Shown here piece by piece: positions 50,166 through 57,995 of a stretch of DNA of 64,000 nucleotides. Under the pieces are notes generated by a model. The model did not search any database and was not told the origin of the DNA. It worked only from the letters and a program-made list of their open reading frames with translations. Position 1 is the stretch's first letter. Every line of letters starts with the position of its first letter. Position numbers and translations under genes: made by a program. The stretch covers positions 1 to 64,000 of the forward strand of contig JBEKXF010000016.1 in NCBI GenBank assembly GCA_049512315.1. Direction: 5' to 3'. This stretch comes from Candidatus Aminicenantales bacterium. GTDB lineage: Bacteria > Acidobacteriota > Aminicenantia > Aminicenantales > Saccharicenantaceae.

Positions 50166-51128
50166 TCACCCGCATGCGCGCGTAAGACGCGTAAGATGGG
50201 AAGATGACCACGTCTGGACCGATTGTCCCTCGCTCACCGGCCCGCGTTCTTCTCGAGGCTGCGATAGACCAATTCCAGCCATTGGGGGGGCCTTGAGAAA
50301 GCCTTTCGCCCAGGGTGCCAGCTTTTCCGGCAAGCCCGCGGCCTTGATCGCGTCCAACGTCTTCCCGGCTTTCATTTGTCTTCTGACGAGGTCGGCGAGG
50401 TCGGAGAGCATGTCGCGGAAGGCCTTGAGATCGGCGACGCCGGCCAGCGGGCCGTGGCCGGGGATGATCTTGGTATCCGAAGGCAGAGCGCCCAGGAGGA
50501 TATCCAGCTGCCGCACCCAGCTGTCGATGTCGCCGCCGTTGACGACGTCCAGGAACGGGAACATGCCGTTGAAGAACATGTCGCCCGTGTGCACGACCTT
50601 CCATGCGTCCAGGAAGACCGCGGTGTCCCCGCCGGTGTGGGCGTGAGGGAAATGGACCAACCGGATGGCCTCTCCGCCGGCATAGACCGTCATTTTATCT
50701 GAGAACGTGACGCTGGGCAGGGCGTTCGCCGGGAGGGCCTTTGTTTGTCCGCCCAGCAGGGTCTGGTCTTTCGCCAGAAGCGCCTGGACGTTCTCATGGG
50801 CGATGATGACCGCACCGGGACCGAAGGCCTTGTTCCCGTCCGTATGATCGGAGTGCCAGTGGGTGTTCACGAGGATCCGCACCCGGTCGCCTCCAGGCAG
50901 GGGCTTGATGGCCTCGCGGATCTCGCCGCTCACGCCCTCAAACATGGCGTCGATCATGAATATTCCCGCGGGGTCGGCCACGATGCCGATGTTCCCGCCG
51001 CCTCCTTGAATCATGGACACCGGCCCGGCCACCGGGATGAGCGTGATCTTGGGCGGATTCTGCTGGGACTGGAGATAGAGCCCGAGACAGAAGATCGAGA
51101 CAAAAATGCCGGAATATGTTCGTTTCAC
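50166..51128 (-). CDS. MBL-fold metallo-hydrolase (C-terminus probably frameshifted)
   Basis: NTHWHSDHTDGN, HTGGD, GD, IPGHG; GTG start after GGGAGG; C7 run at 50284-50290. Confidence 0.85.
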   Translation of the reverse strand: MKRTYSGIFVSIFCLGLYLQSQQNPPKITLIPVAGPVSMIQGGGGNIGIVADPAGIFMIDAMFEGVSGEIREAIKPLPGGDRVRILVNTHWHSDHTDGNKAFGPGAVIIAHENVQALLAKDQTLLGGQTKALPANALPSVTFSDKMTVYAGGEAIRLVHFPHAHTGGDTAVFLDAWKVVHTGDMFFNGMFPFLDVVNGGDIDSWVRQLDILLGALPSDTKIIPGHGPLAGVADLKAFRDMLSDLADLVRRQMKAGKTLDAIKAAGLPEKLAPWAKGFLKAPPMAGIGLSQPREERGPVSEGQSVQTWSSSHLTRLTRACG

Positions 51129-51209
51129 GACAGACCTCCCTTTTGACACGTCAAGGAATTTCCTTTTTTGATGATATCCCCGGCCGCGCGCCGGTGTCAA
51201 ACTCCCCGT

Positions 51210-51250
51210 AAAATAAAAAAGGGCGGACTGCCCGACCCGGGCATCCGCCC
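51210..51250 (-). terminator. Intrinsic terminator of RRM gene (family copy 2)
   Basis: GGGCGGA-C-TGCCCG/CGGGCA-TCCGCCC stem followed by TTTTTTATTTT on minus strand. Confidence 0.85.
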
Positions 51251-51291
51251 TTGCGTTCGAACTAAGGTTGACCGCTAAGCTAAATCAGCGA

Positions 51292-51591
51292 TCAGAACCG
51301 GCCGCGGCCGCCGCCGAAGCCGCCTCTGCCGCCGCCGCCGCCGCCGGCCGGGCGGGGCTGGGCTTCGTTGACCTTGAGGTTCCGGCCCTTGAGGTCCTTG
51401 CCGTTGAGACCGCTGATGGCCTTGACCGCCTCGTCCTTGTTCGGCATCTCGACGAAGCCGAAGCCGCGCGGCTGGCCGGTCATCTTGTCCGTGATGATGG
51501 CCGCTTTCTCGACCGCCCCGAAGGCCTGGAAGGCCGCCCGGAGGTCGTCCTCGGTCACCGTGAAGGAAAGGTTGCCTACGTAGATGTTCAT
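51292..51591 (-). CDS. RRM RNA-binding protein with Gly-rich tail
   Basis: IYVGNL (RNP2), RGFGFVEM (RNP1), RGG tail; AAGGAG RBS. Confidence 0.95.
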   Translation of the reverse strand: MNIYVGNLSFTVTEDDLRAAFQAFGAVEKAAIITDKMTGQPRGFGFVEMPNKDEAVKAISGLNGKDLKGRNLKVNEAQPRPAGGGGGGRGGFGGGRGRF

Positions 51592-51775
51592 ACTCGTCTC
51601 CTTTGACGAAGGGTCCGTCCGGGTGGCTTCCCCGACGCCCCGTCCCAAAAAATCGATCGCAATAAAGGAGAGGAGTATGTCGGCTGTTAGGGCCTCTGCC
51701 CTCTATACCTTTATCCGACCCGTGCCCCCTTAACGGGGGAATTTCACCCCATAGAGTACCATAAAAGGCCGCCCT

Positions 51776-51879
51776 CGTAAAATAAAAAAAGTAGTGGACG
51801 GCCCGACCCGGGCATTCGCTCTTGCGTTCGAATAGGGGTTGACCGGTAAGCTAAATCGGCGATCAGGGCCGGCCGCGGC
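51776..51879. repeat. Degenerate duplicate of RRM 3' end, 3'UTR and terminator (copy 3)
   Basis: Colinear with 51207-51309, including the last codons and stop. Confidence 0.85.
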
Positions 51880-51888
51880 AGGAGGGGG

Positions 51889-51923
51889 AAAAAGAGGGGA
51901 ACGCGATGCCTCGCGTTCCCCTC
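51889..51923 (-). terminator. Intrinsic terminator of M16 operon
   Basis: 13-bp stem GAGGGGAACGCGA/TCGCGTTCCCCTC plus T5. Confidence 0.75.
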
Positions 51924-51935
51924 GAGAGGCATTCG

Positions 51936-53387
51936 CTATTTCGTCTTGGCCGGAGGAGGGGGCGGGATGGAGATATCGATCGTTTTCACCTGGCCCAGCG
52001 TGGACAAGGGCTTGTCGAAATCGGCGGCCTTGCCCACGACCAGGATCTGGACCTGATCGGGCTTGAGGTACTTCTTGGCCACGCGCAGGACATCGGCCTT
52101 GGTGACCTTTTCCACACCTGATTTCACCTTTTCGGTGAAGTCCAGCGGATACCCGTAATAAGCGTAGGTGAGCATCCGGTTGATGATCTTGGCCCGGCTG
52201 TCGAAACGAAAGACAAAGGAGTTCAGATATTGGTCTTTGGCCTTGGCCAATTCCGGATCGGTCACCTCCTCCTCCGCCATGCGCTTCATCTCCTTGAGCA
52301 TGAGCTCGATGGCGTGGACCGTCGACTGGGACTTCGTCTGAGCGCCGCAGCTGAACGTTCCGGGGAAGTCCAGCCGCGAATCATAATCGCCCCAGACGCT
52401 GTAGGCCAGGCCTTCGTCCGTCCTGATCTTTTTGAACATCCGGTCGAAGGACAGGATGGAATTCATGACGGTCAGGGCCGGAAAGTCCGGGTTGCTCATC
52501 AGGCCGCCGATATGGCCGAGCATGATATTGGACTGGTTGACATCCGGCTTATCGATGTAGTTAACCGTGAACTTATCTTCGTAGGGCACGGCCGGCCAGG
52601 CCGGCACCGCGACCGAACCGGACTTCCAGCGCCCCAGAGTCTTGTTCAGCACGGCCTTCAGGGCGGCGCTGTTAAAGTCGCCCCAGACGGCCAGGAGGGT
52701 GTTGTTGGGATAAAAATAGGCCCGGTAGAACTTGACCACGTCGTCACGGGTTATGGACCGGACCGTGGCGTACTCGGGCTGGAGCGCGTACGGCGAGTCC
52801 TGTCCATAGATCAGCTTGCTGTATTCGCGCGAGGTGATCCCGCCGATGTCATCGTTGCGGCGCTGGATGAAGCTTTCGACCTCGATTCGAGCCAGGTCGA
52901 TCTTATTTTGGGCAAAAGCGGGATTGGTCAGCATATCGGCCAGGATCTCCAGGACCCGGTCGATGTCCTCCTTGAGCGCCGACGCCGTGACCGTGCCCGA
53001 GGTCTGGTCGATGCCGGTTTCGATCGTGGCGGCCAAAGTCTCCAGCTCTTTGTCGATCTCGTCTCCGGTGCGCGTGGCGGTGCCGCCCGTGCGCAGGGCC
53101 GTGCCGGTCAGGCCTGCCAGGCCCACCTGAGCTGCCGGTTCGAAGACCGAACCGGTGCGGACCATGGCTTTCAGGTCGACCGTGGGAAATTCATGATCCT
53201 CGACGAGGAAGACGGTCAGCCCGTTGGCCAGCTTGAATTGCTCGACCTTGGGCATGTGGATCGTGTTCAGGGGCGGGAACGAGAATTGATCCTTGGGATT
53301 CTTTTGGGCCGCGAGCGGTCCGCCCAGCAGAAGGAGGAGGACGGACAGTCCGGCCAGGGCCTTGAGAAAATGTTTGGGAATGTTCAT
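51936..53387 (-). CDS. M16 peptidase, non-catalytic subunit
   Basis: LANGLTV, no HxxEH, IRTDEGLAYSV; signal peptide. Confidence 0.88.
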   Translation of the reverse strand: MNIPKHFLKALAGLSVLLLLLGGPLAAQKNPKDQFSFPPLNTIHMPKVEQFKLANGLTVFLVEDHEFPTVDLKAMVRTGSVFEPAAQVGLAGLTGTALRTGGTATRTGDEIDKELETLAATIETGIDQTSGTVTASALKEDIDRVLEILADMLTNPAFAQNKIDLARIEVESFIQRRNDDIGGITSREYSKLIYGQDSPYALQPEYATVRSITRDDVVKFYRAYFYPNNTLLAVWGDFNSAALKAVLNKTLGRWKSGSVAVPAWPAVPYEDKFTVNYIDKPDVNQSNIMLGHIGGLMSNPDFPALTVMNSILSFDRMFKKIRTDEGLAYSVWGDYDSRLDFPGTFSCGAQTKSQSTVHAIELMLKEMKRMAEEEVTDPELAKAKDQYLNSFVFRFDSRAKIINRMLTYAYYGYPLDFTEKVKSGVEKVTKADVLRVAKKYLKPDQVQILVVGKAADFDKPLSTLGQVKTIDISIPPPPPAKTK

Positions 53388-53410
53388 CGTTTGGTCCTTT
53401 CTGCGGCGGT

Positions 53411-54916
53411 TCATTTCTGGGGAACGACCTCACCGATGACCCTGTGGGTCCGGATGAGGTAGGTGTTGGCCATGCGTTGGACGTCGGCGGTCGTGACGGC
53501 GTTGATGGCCGCGATCTGGTCGAAGGCCTGGTGCCAGTCGCCGAACACGACGTCGGAATTGGCCAGGAACTCGGCCAGTCCAGCGTTGCTCTGCATCCGA
53601 TCGATCAGCCCTTTGATGGCGGACCGTTTGTATTTGGTCAGCTCATCGGCCGTGACCGAATCCTTCTTGATCCGAGCGATCTCCTCGTCGATGAGGTTGA
53701 GGCATTCCTCGGAGGTGTGGCCGGGGGTCGAGGCCGCCAGGAAGGCGATCAGACTGGCCTGCTTCTGTCCGGGGAAGCCGTTAAAACCCTGGACGACCAC
53801 GGCCACTTTCTTGCTCTTGACGAGAGATTCGTAGAGCCGGGACGAGCGGCCCTGGCCGAGGATATTGGCCAGCGCGTCCAGGGCTTCATTGTCCTTATGC
53901 GCCGCGGGGGGGCGGTGGTAGCCGAGGATAAGAATGGGCATCGACATGGCCGTGACCGTGGCCGACCGTTCGCCCCACTGTTCCGGCTCTGTGGTCCGGA
54001 TGGGTTCGGGTTTGGGGCCGGAGGGGATGCGGCCGAAATACAGGTCCGCCAGGCGAAAGACCTCCTCGGGCTGGACATCGCCCACCACGGCCGCGGTCAG
54101 GTTGCCGGGGCTGTAGTATTTTTTGAAATAGTCCTCCACGTCCTGCCGGGTGATGGACAGCAGGTCGGACATGTGGCCGATGACGTGGTGATGGTAGGGG
54201 CTGGCCTTGAAGGCCGTGGCCAGGAAATCCTCGACCAGCCGGCCGACCGGCTGTGTTTCGACACTCAGCCGCCGCTCCTCCCGGATGACGCTCACCTCCT
54301 TGTAGAATTCGCGGAAGACCGGATGGAAAAAGCGGTCCGAGGTCAGGGACATCCAGAATTCGAGCCTGTTGGAGGGCAGACTGCTGATGTATTGGGTGGC
54401 GTCGAAGTTGGTGTAGGCGTTCAGGCCGGTATCGCCCTGTCGCATCAGCAGGTCGAAGCATTCGTTGTTGACCACGAAACTCTTGGCCTTGGCCTCCAGG
54501 TCGTCGAATTTTTTCTGCAGCTCCTGGACCTTGGCCGTGTCGGGCTGAAGCTTGGACTGCTCGGCTTTGAGGGCGGCGTGGGCCGAGTCCAATTGGGCCA
54601 GGACCTGCGATTCCTGTTCATAATTGGTCGTGCCCACGGTCTGGGTGCCCTTGAAAGCCATGTGTTCCAGGATGTGGGAGATCCCGGTGATGCCGTACGA
54701 TTCGTTGGCCGAACCGACATCGGCATAGACATGGAAGGAAGCGACGGGTGCCTCATGGCGCTCGAGAACGATGAATTTCATGCCGTTGGCCAGGACGTGA
54801 GTCTTGACCCTGCTTTTCAGGGCGTCGAAGCTCTGGGCTTGGACGATCGCCGCCGCCATCAGGAACAGAACAAGAGAGAGACCGGATCGAAATCGAGGAC
54901 GGGACCTCATCTGCAT
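53411..54916 (-). CDS. M16 peptidase, catalytic subunit
   Basis: GISHILEHMAFKG (HxxEH), LNAYT; GAGGAGG RBS before ATG 54916. Confidence 0.92.
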   Translation of the reverse strand: MQMRSRPRFRSGLSLVLFLMAAAIVQAQSFDALKSRVKTHVLANGMKFIVLERHEAPVASFHVYADVGSANESYGITGISHILEHMAFKGTQTVGTTNYEQESQVLAQLDSAHAALKAEQSKLQPDTAKVQELQKKFDDLEAKAKSFVVNNECFDLLMRQGDTGLNAYTNFDATQYISSLPSNRLEFWMSLTSDRFFHPVFREFYKEVSVIREERRLSVETQPVGRLVEDFLATAFKASPYHHHVIGHMSDLLSITRQDVEDYFKKYYSPGNLTAAVVGDVQPEEVFRLADLYFGRIPSGPKPEPIRTTEPEQWGERSATVTAMSMPILILGYHRPPAAHKDNEALDALANILGQGRSSRLYESLVKSKKVAVVVQGFNGFPGQKQASLIAFLAASTPGHTSEECLNLIDEEIARIKKDSVTADELTKYKRSAIKGLIDRMQSNAGLAEFLANSDVVFGDWHQAFDQIAAINAVTTADVQRMANTYLIRTHRVIGEVVPQK

Positions 54917-55290
54917 AGAAACCTCCTCAAAAAATTTTCTTTGATAAATTATGCGAAAATCATGGATAGGAACTGCGGCCCCCCAATACAAAATCATGAT
55001 ATTCTCAGTTGGGAGTCGGTGTCAACCTCTTTGCTTCTCGGCACCTTCAGGGTGATCGCCGCACCAGATGCGGCAATTCTCGATGAGCGTCCCACAGAGA
55101 TGATATTCGCAACCGCGGCTCCGCCTTAAGGACTCGGGAATCATGAATTGACTGAGGCATCGAAAGAGTCGATAAAGTGAGCTCTCTCGGTTCTTTCATG
55201 AAGCGGGAGACAGGATCACGAGAACCAAGGATCGGATCCGAGCCGCGTGCCGGGATGCCGTTTGGTCCGGGTATTCGAAGGGAGAATGAC

Positions 55291-55735
55291 ATGATAGAGA
55301 ACGATGACAAGAGCGAATCCGTATTCCAAAAAATGAAGGATAAGGCCAAGGGGGGTTCAGACCGGCATCGCCGGGAAGATCTCCAAGGCCTCCGAAGCCG
55401 GTTGGACAAAACTCAAGGAAACGATCGACGACGTGGACGAGGGCCTGCCTCTCATTCGTGAACTCGGATACTCGGTTGAAAGCATCCAGATCGGCGTCGG
55501 GCTGATTCCGGACATTGTCATCGAGATCAGCGGATTGTCCAAGACGATGGACAAAAAAGCCTATCATCGGATCGTTGAGGAAAAGAAGGACAAGAAGCTC
55601 CTTTGCAGCGTCCTCAAAACAGTTCAATCCGCGTCAGGGTTGCACGACAAGATCCATATCGCAGGAATGAAGTCCGATACCGCGGCCATCACTCTCGACA
55701 TGCCGCCGAAGATCAATCTGAAGTTCAAGAAATAA
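55291..55735 (+). CDS. Hypothetical protein split by +1 frameshift in G6 run
   Basis: AAGGGAG/ATG 55291; deleting one G at 55350-55355 joins to ...IDDVDEGLPLIRELGY...KFKK. Confidence 0.6.
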
Positions 55736-55884
55736 TAAGGCCCTTTGCCGAATTCTAATTGACAGGGAAGATCCAGGCTGGCCCCGTAGTATAGGAATTT
55801 CCTTTTTCGCCGTCGCACGTGTACGCCGACCCTTTGGCTCAGAACTGTAAATGACCGCTTCGCCAGGCCGGGAAAGCTCTCTCG

Positions 55885-55966
55885 GAAATAAAAAAGGGCG
55901 GACTGCCCTCCCCGGGCATCCGCCCTTACTTGCGAATAAAGGTCGACCGCTAGGCTAGATCAGCGA
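55885..55966. repeat. RRM 3'UTR/terminator duplicate (copy 4)
   Basis: AAATAAAAAAGGGCGGACTGCCC...GGGCATCCGCCCTT...GGTCGACCGCTAGGCTAGATCAGCGA. Confidence 0.85.
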
Positions 55967-56077
55967 TCAAAGCCGGCCGCCGCCGAAGCCGCTCGTCCGG
56001 AGACGATCGGTGCGGGGCCGGGTTTCGTTGACCGTCAGGCTGCGACACTTGAGGTCCTTGCCGTTCAGTCCGGAGAT
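55967..56077 (-). pseudogene. C-terminal remnant of an RRM protein paralogue
   Basis: ISGLNGKDLKCRSLTVNETRPR...GFGGGRL* versus ISGLNGKDLKGRNLKVNEAQPR...GFGGGRGRF*. Confidence 0.85.
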
Positions 56078-56121
56078 GGTCGTGCGCTTCTCCATAGCCA
56101 ATTGGTGATATACTTTGAAAT

Positions 56122-56940
56122 ATGGATCCCTCAGAAATAATACCTATCATCATTGTTGAGAACTTAACTAAACATTTTGGTGACTTAAAGGCGGTGGACC
56201 ATATCTCTTTTTCTGTGCAGAGAGGGGAGAGATTTGCCCTTCTTGGTCCGAACGGGGCCGGGAAAACCACGACCATTAAGATGCTCATCACCTTGCTCAA
56301 ACCGACGAGCGGTGAAGGGATCATTGCCGGCCACAATTTCGTCACCCAGCCGGCCGAGGTGCGTCGTTCCATCGGCTACGTGCCGCAGCTGATTTCCGTG
56401 GACGGCACCCTGACGGCCTATGAGAACCTGATGCTCATGGCCCGTCTTTACGATGTTCCGGCTCATGAAAGAAAGGATAGAGTCGAAGCGGCCCTGTCGT
56501 TCCTGAAATTAGAAAAATTCGCCCATTCCCTGGTGCGGACATTTTCGGGCGGCATGATCAGGAAGCTCGAGGTCGGGCAGGCCATTCTCCATCGGCCCCA
56601 GGTGCTGTTCTTGGACGAGCCCACGTCAGGACTCGATCCCGTGGCCAAAAACGATGTCTGGGAGAATCTCATGGAGTTGAAGACGAAATATCAGACGACG
56701 GTTTTTTTTACCACTCATAATATGGAAGAAGCCGACGAAGTCTCCAGCCGGGTGGCGATCATGAATCACGGACGTCTGGCTGTCATCGGCACAGCCGAGG
56801 AACTCAAAGAGAAAACCGGCCAGGGGAAGACCCTGGAGGATGCCTTTATCTTTTTTACGGGTGACGCGCTCGAGGACACCACGCCCGCCCGTTTTGGAGA
56901 GATCCGGCGGCAACGACAGAATGAACGAAAGCTGGGATAA
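56122..56940 (+). CDS. ABC transporter ATP-binding protein (DrrA-like)
   Basis: GPNGAGKTT, FSGGMIRKLE, LDEPTSGLDP, TTHNMEEA. Confidence 0.93.
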   Translation: MDPSEIIPIIIVENLTKHFGDLKAVDHISFSVQRGERFALLGPNGAGKTTTIKMLITLLKPTSGEGIIAGHNFVTQPAEVRRSIGYVPQLISVDGTLTAYENLMLMARLYDVPAHERKDRVEAALSFLKLEKFAHSLVRTFSGGMIRKLEVGQAILHRPQVLFLDEPTSGLDPVAKNDVWENLMELKTKYQTTVFFTTHNMEEADEVSSRVAIMNHGRLAVIGTAEELKEKTGQGKTLEDAFIFFTGDALEDTTPARFGEIRRQRQNERKLG

Positions 56941-56945
56941 AAAAC

Positions 56946-57722
56946 ATGATGAAATATGTCTTCGAAAGTTTGAAAAAAGCTCTCGTCATAGCCGGGACGG
57001 AGACACGAAAACTCCTCCATGATCCAACCGAACTTGTGTCCCGCGCCGTTCAGCCCATCCTCTGGCTCGGGATCTTCGGCGAGGCTTTGAGCAAGGTCCG
57101 GGCCATACCGACCGGAGGAGTCACATATCTCCAGTTCATCACTCCGGGCATTCTGACGCAGTCGGTGACCTTCGTGGCGATCTTTTACGGACTTTATATC
57201 ATCATGGATAGGGACGCCGGCATTCTCCAGAAATTCCTGGTGACACCCACCCCTCGATTGGCCTTGGTCTGGGGCAAGATGCTCTCCGCGACGGTCCGGG
57301 GGCTCAGCCAGGCCCTGATCGTTTTCATCTTTACTTTTATATTAGGGATCAAGCTCCACATCGGTTTTTGGACGATCCCTGGGGTCATGGTGATCGTCCT
57401 TCTCGGGGCAAGCTTTTTCACCGGCCTATCGATGGTCGTGGCGTCCATCGTCAAAACCCGGGAACGTTTCATGGGCATAGGTCAGGTCATTACCCTGCCG
57501 CTCTTTTTTGCCTCCAATGCCATCTATCCAATTCATATCATGCCTCAGTGGCTCCAGGTGGTGGCCAAGATCAATCCCTTGAGCTATATGGTCGAAGGCC
57601 TCCGGTCTTTATTGGTCAGCGGCGTGACGTCCGGGGTTCTGGTCGATATCGGTATTCTGCTGGCGGCCACTTTGGTCATTTCTTCGATCAGCGCGTACAT
57701 GTATCCCAAGGTGGTGATCTAA
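56946..57722 (+). CDS. ABC-2 permease (DrrB-like)
   Basis: About 6 TM segments, YLQFITPG, PLFFASNAIYP, NPLSYMV. Confidence 0.92.
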   Translation: MMKYVFESLKKALVIAGTETRKLLHDPTELVSRAVQPILWLGIFGEALSKVRAIPTGGVTYLQFITPGILTQSVTFVAIFYGLYIIMDRDAGILQKFLVTPTPRLALVWGKMLSATVRGLSQALIVFIFTFILGIKLHIGFWTIPGVMVIVLLGASFFTGLSMVVASIVKTRERFMGIGQVITLPLFFASNAIYPIHIMPQWLQVVAKINPLSYMVEGLRSLLVSGVTSGVLVDIGILLAATLVISSISAYMYPKVVI

Positions 57723-57764
57723 GGGCGGACTGCCCAACCCGGGCATCCGCCCTTTGCGGCGAAC
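57721..57764. repeat. RRM-terminator hairpin duplicate (copy 5)
   Basis: AAGGGCGGACTGCCCAACCCGGGCATCCGCCCTTTGCGGCGAAC overlapping the permease stop. Confidence 0.8.
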
Positions 57765-57841
57765 AAATGCTCTGTCGTGACCTCCTGGTCGAGTCTTTCC
57801 AATGACTTACTGAAATTTGATGATTTGATTCCGGAAAAGAA

Positions 57842-57870
57842 TTGTAATCGCTGCCGGAATGTGCTATAAA
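57842..57870 (+). promoter_or_regulatory. Putative promoter of cyclic glucan synthase gene
   Basis: TTGTAA-17 nt-TATAAA with TG extension in an AT-rich gap. Confidence 0.4.
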
Positions 57871-57995
57871 GAGGGATAAAGATTGGCCTTGCTTCGATGT
57901 AGATTGATTACGAAGCTCCACATTTCGAATTATCCTCTTTCGAATGCTATCCGTTGGTGTTCATTGTTCCCTTACATAAAAAGGAGATCCCGAAC

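Noticed and set aside
45..55129. Many long overlapping or antisense ORFs (e.g. 45-1649, 2242-4407, 14590-16341, 25381-27123, 46699-48498, 53444-55129)
   Set aside because: Shadow frames of high-GC3 genes: no motifs or RBS, and they fully overlap well-supported CDSs
55021..55130. Minus-strand AAITL segment resembling the C-terminus of the 55291 gene
   Set aside because: Match too short to distinguish from chance
46738..57764. Integron attC array
   Set aside because: No RYYYAAC/GTTRRRY boxes and no intI; blocks are multi-gene and of mixed orientation
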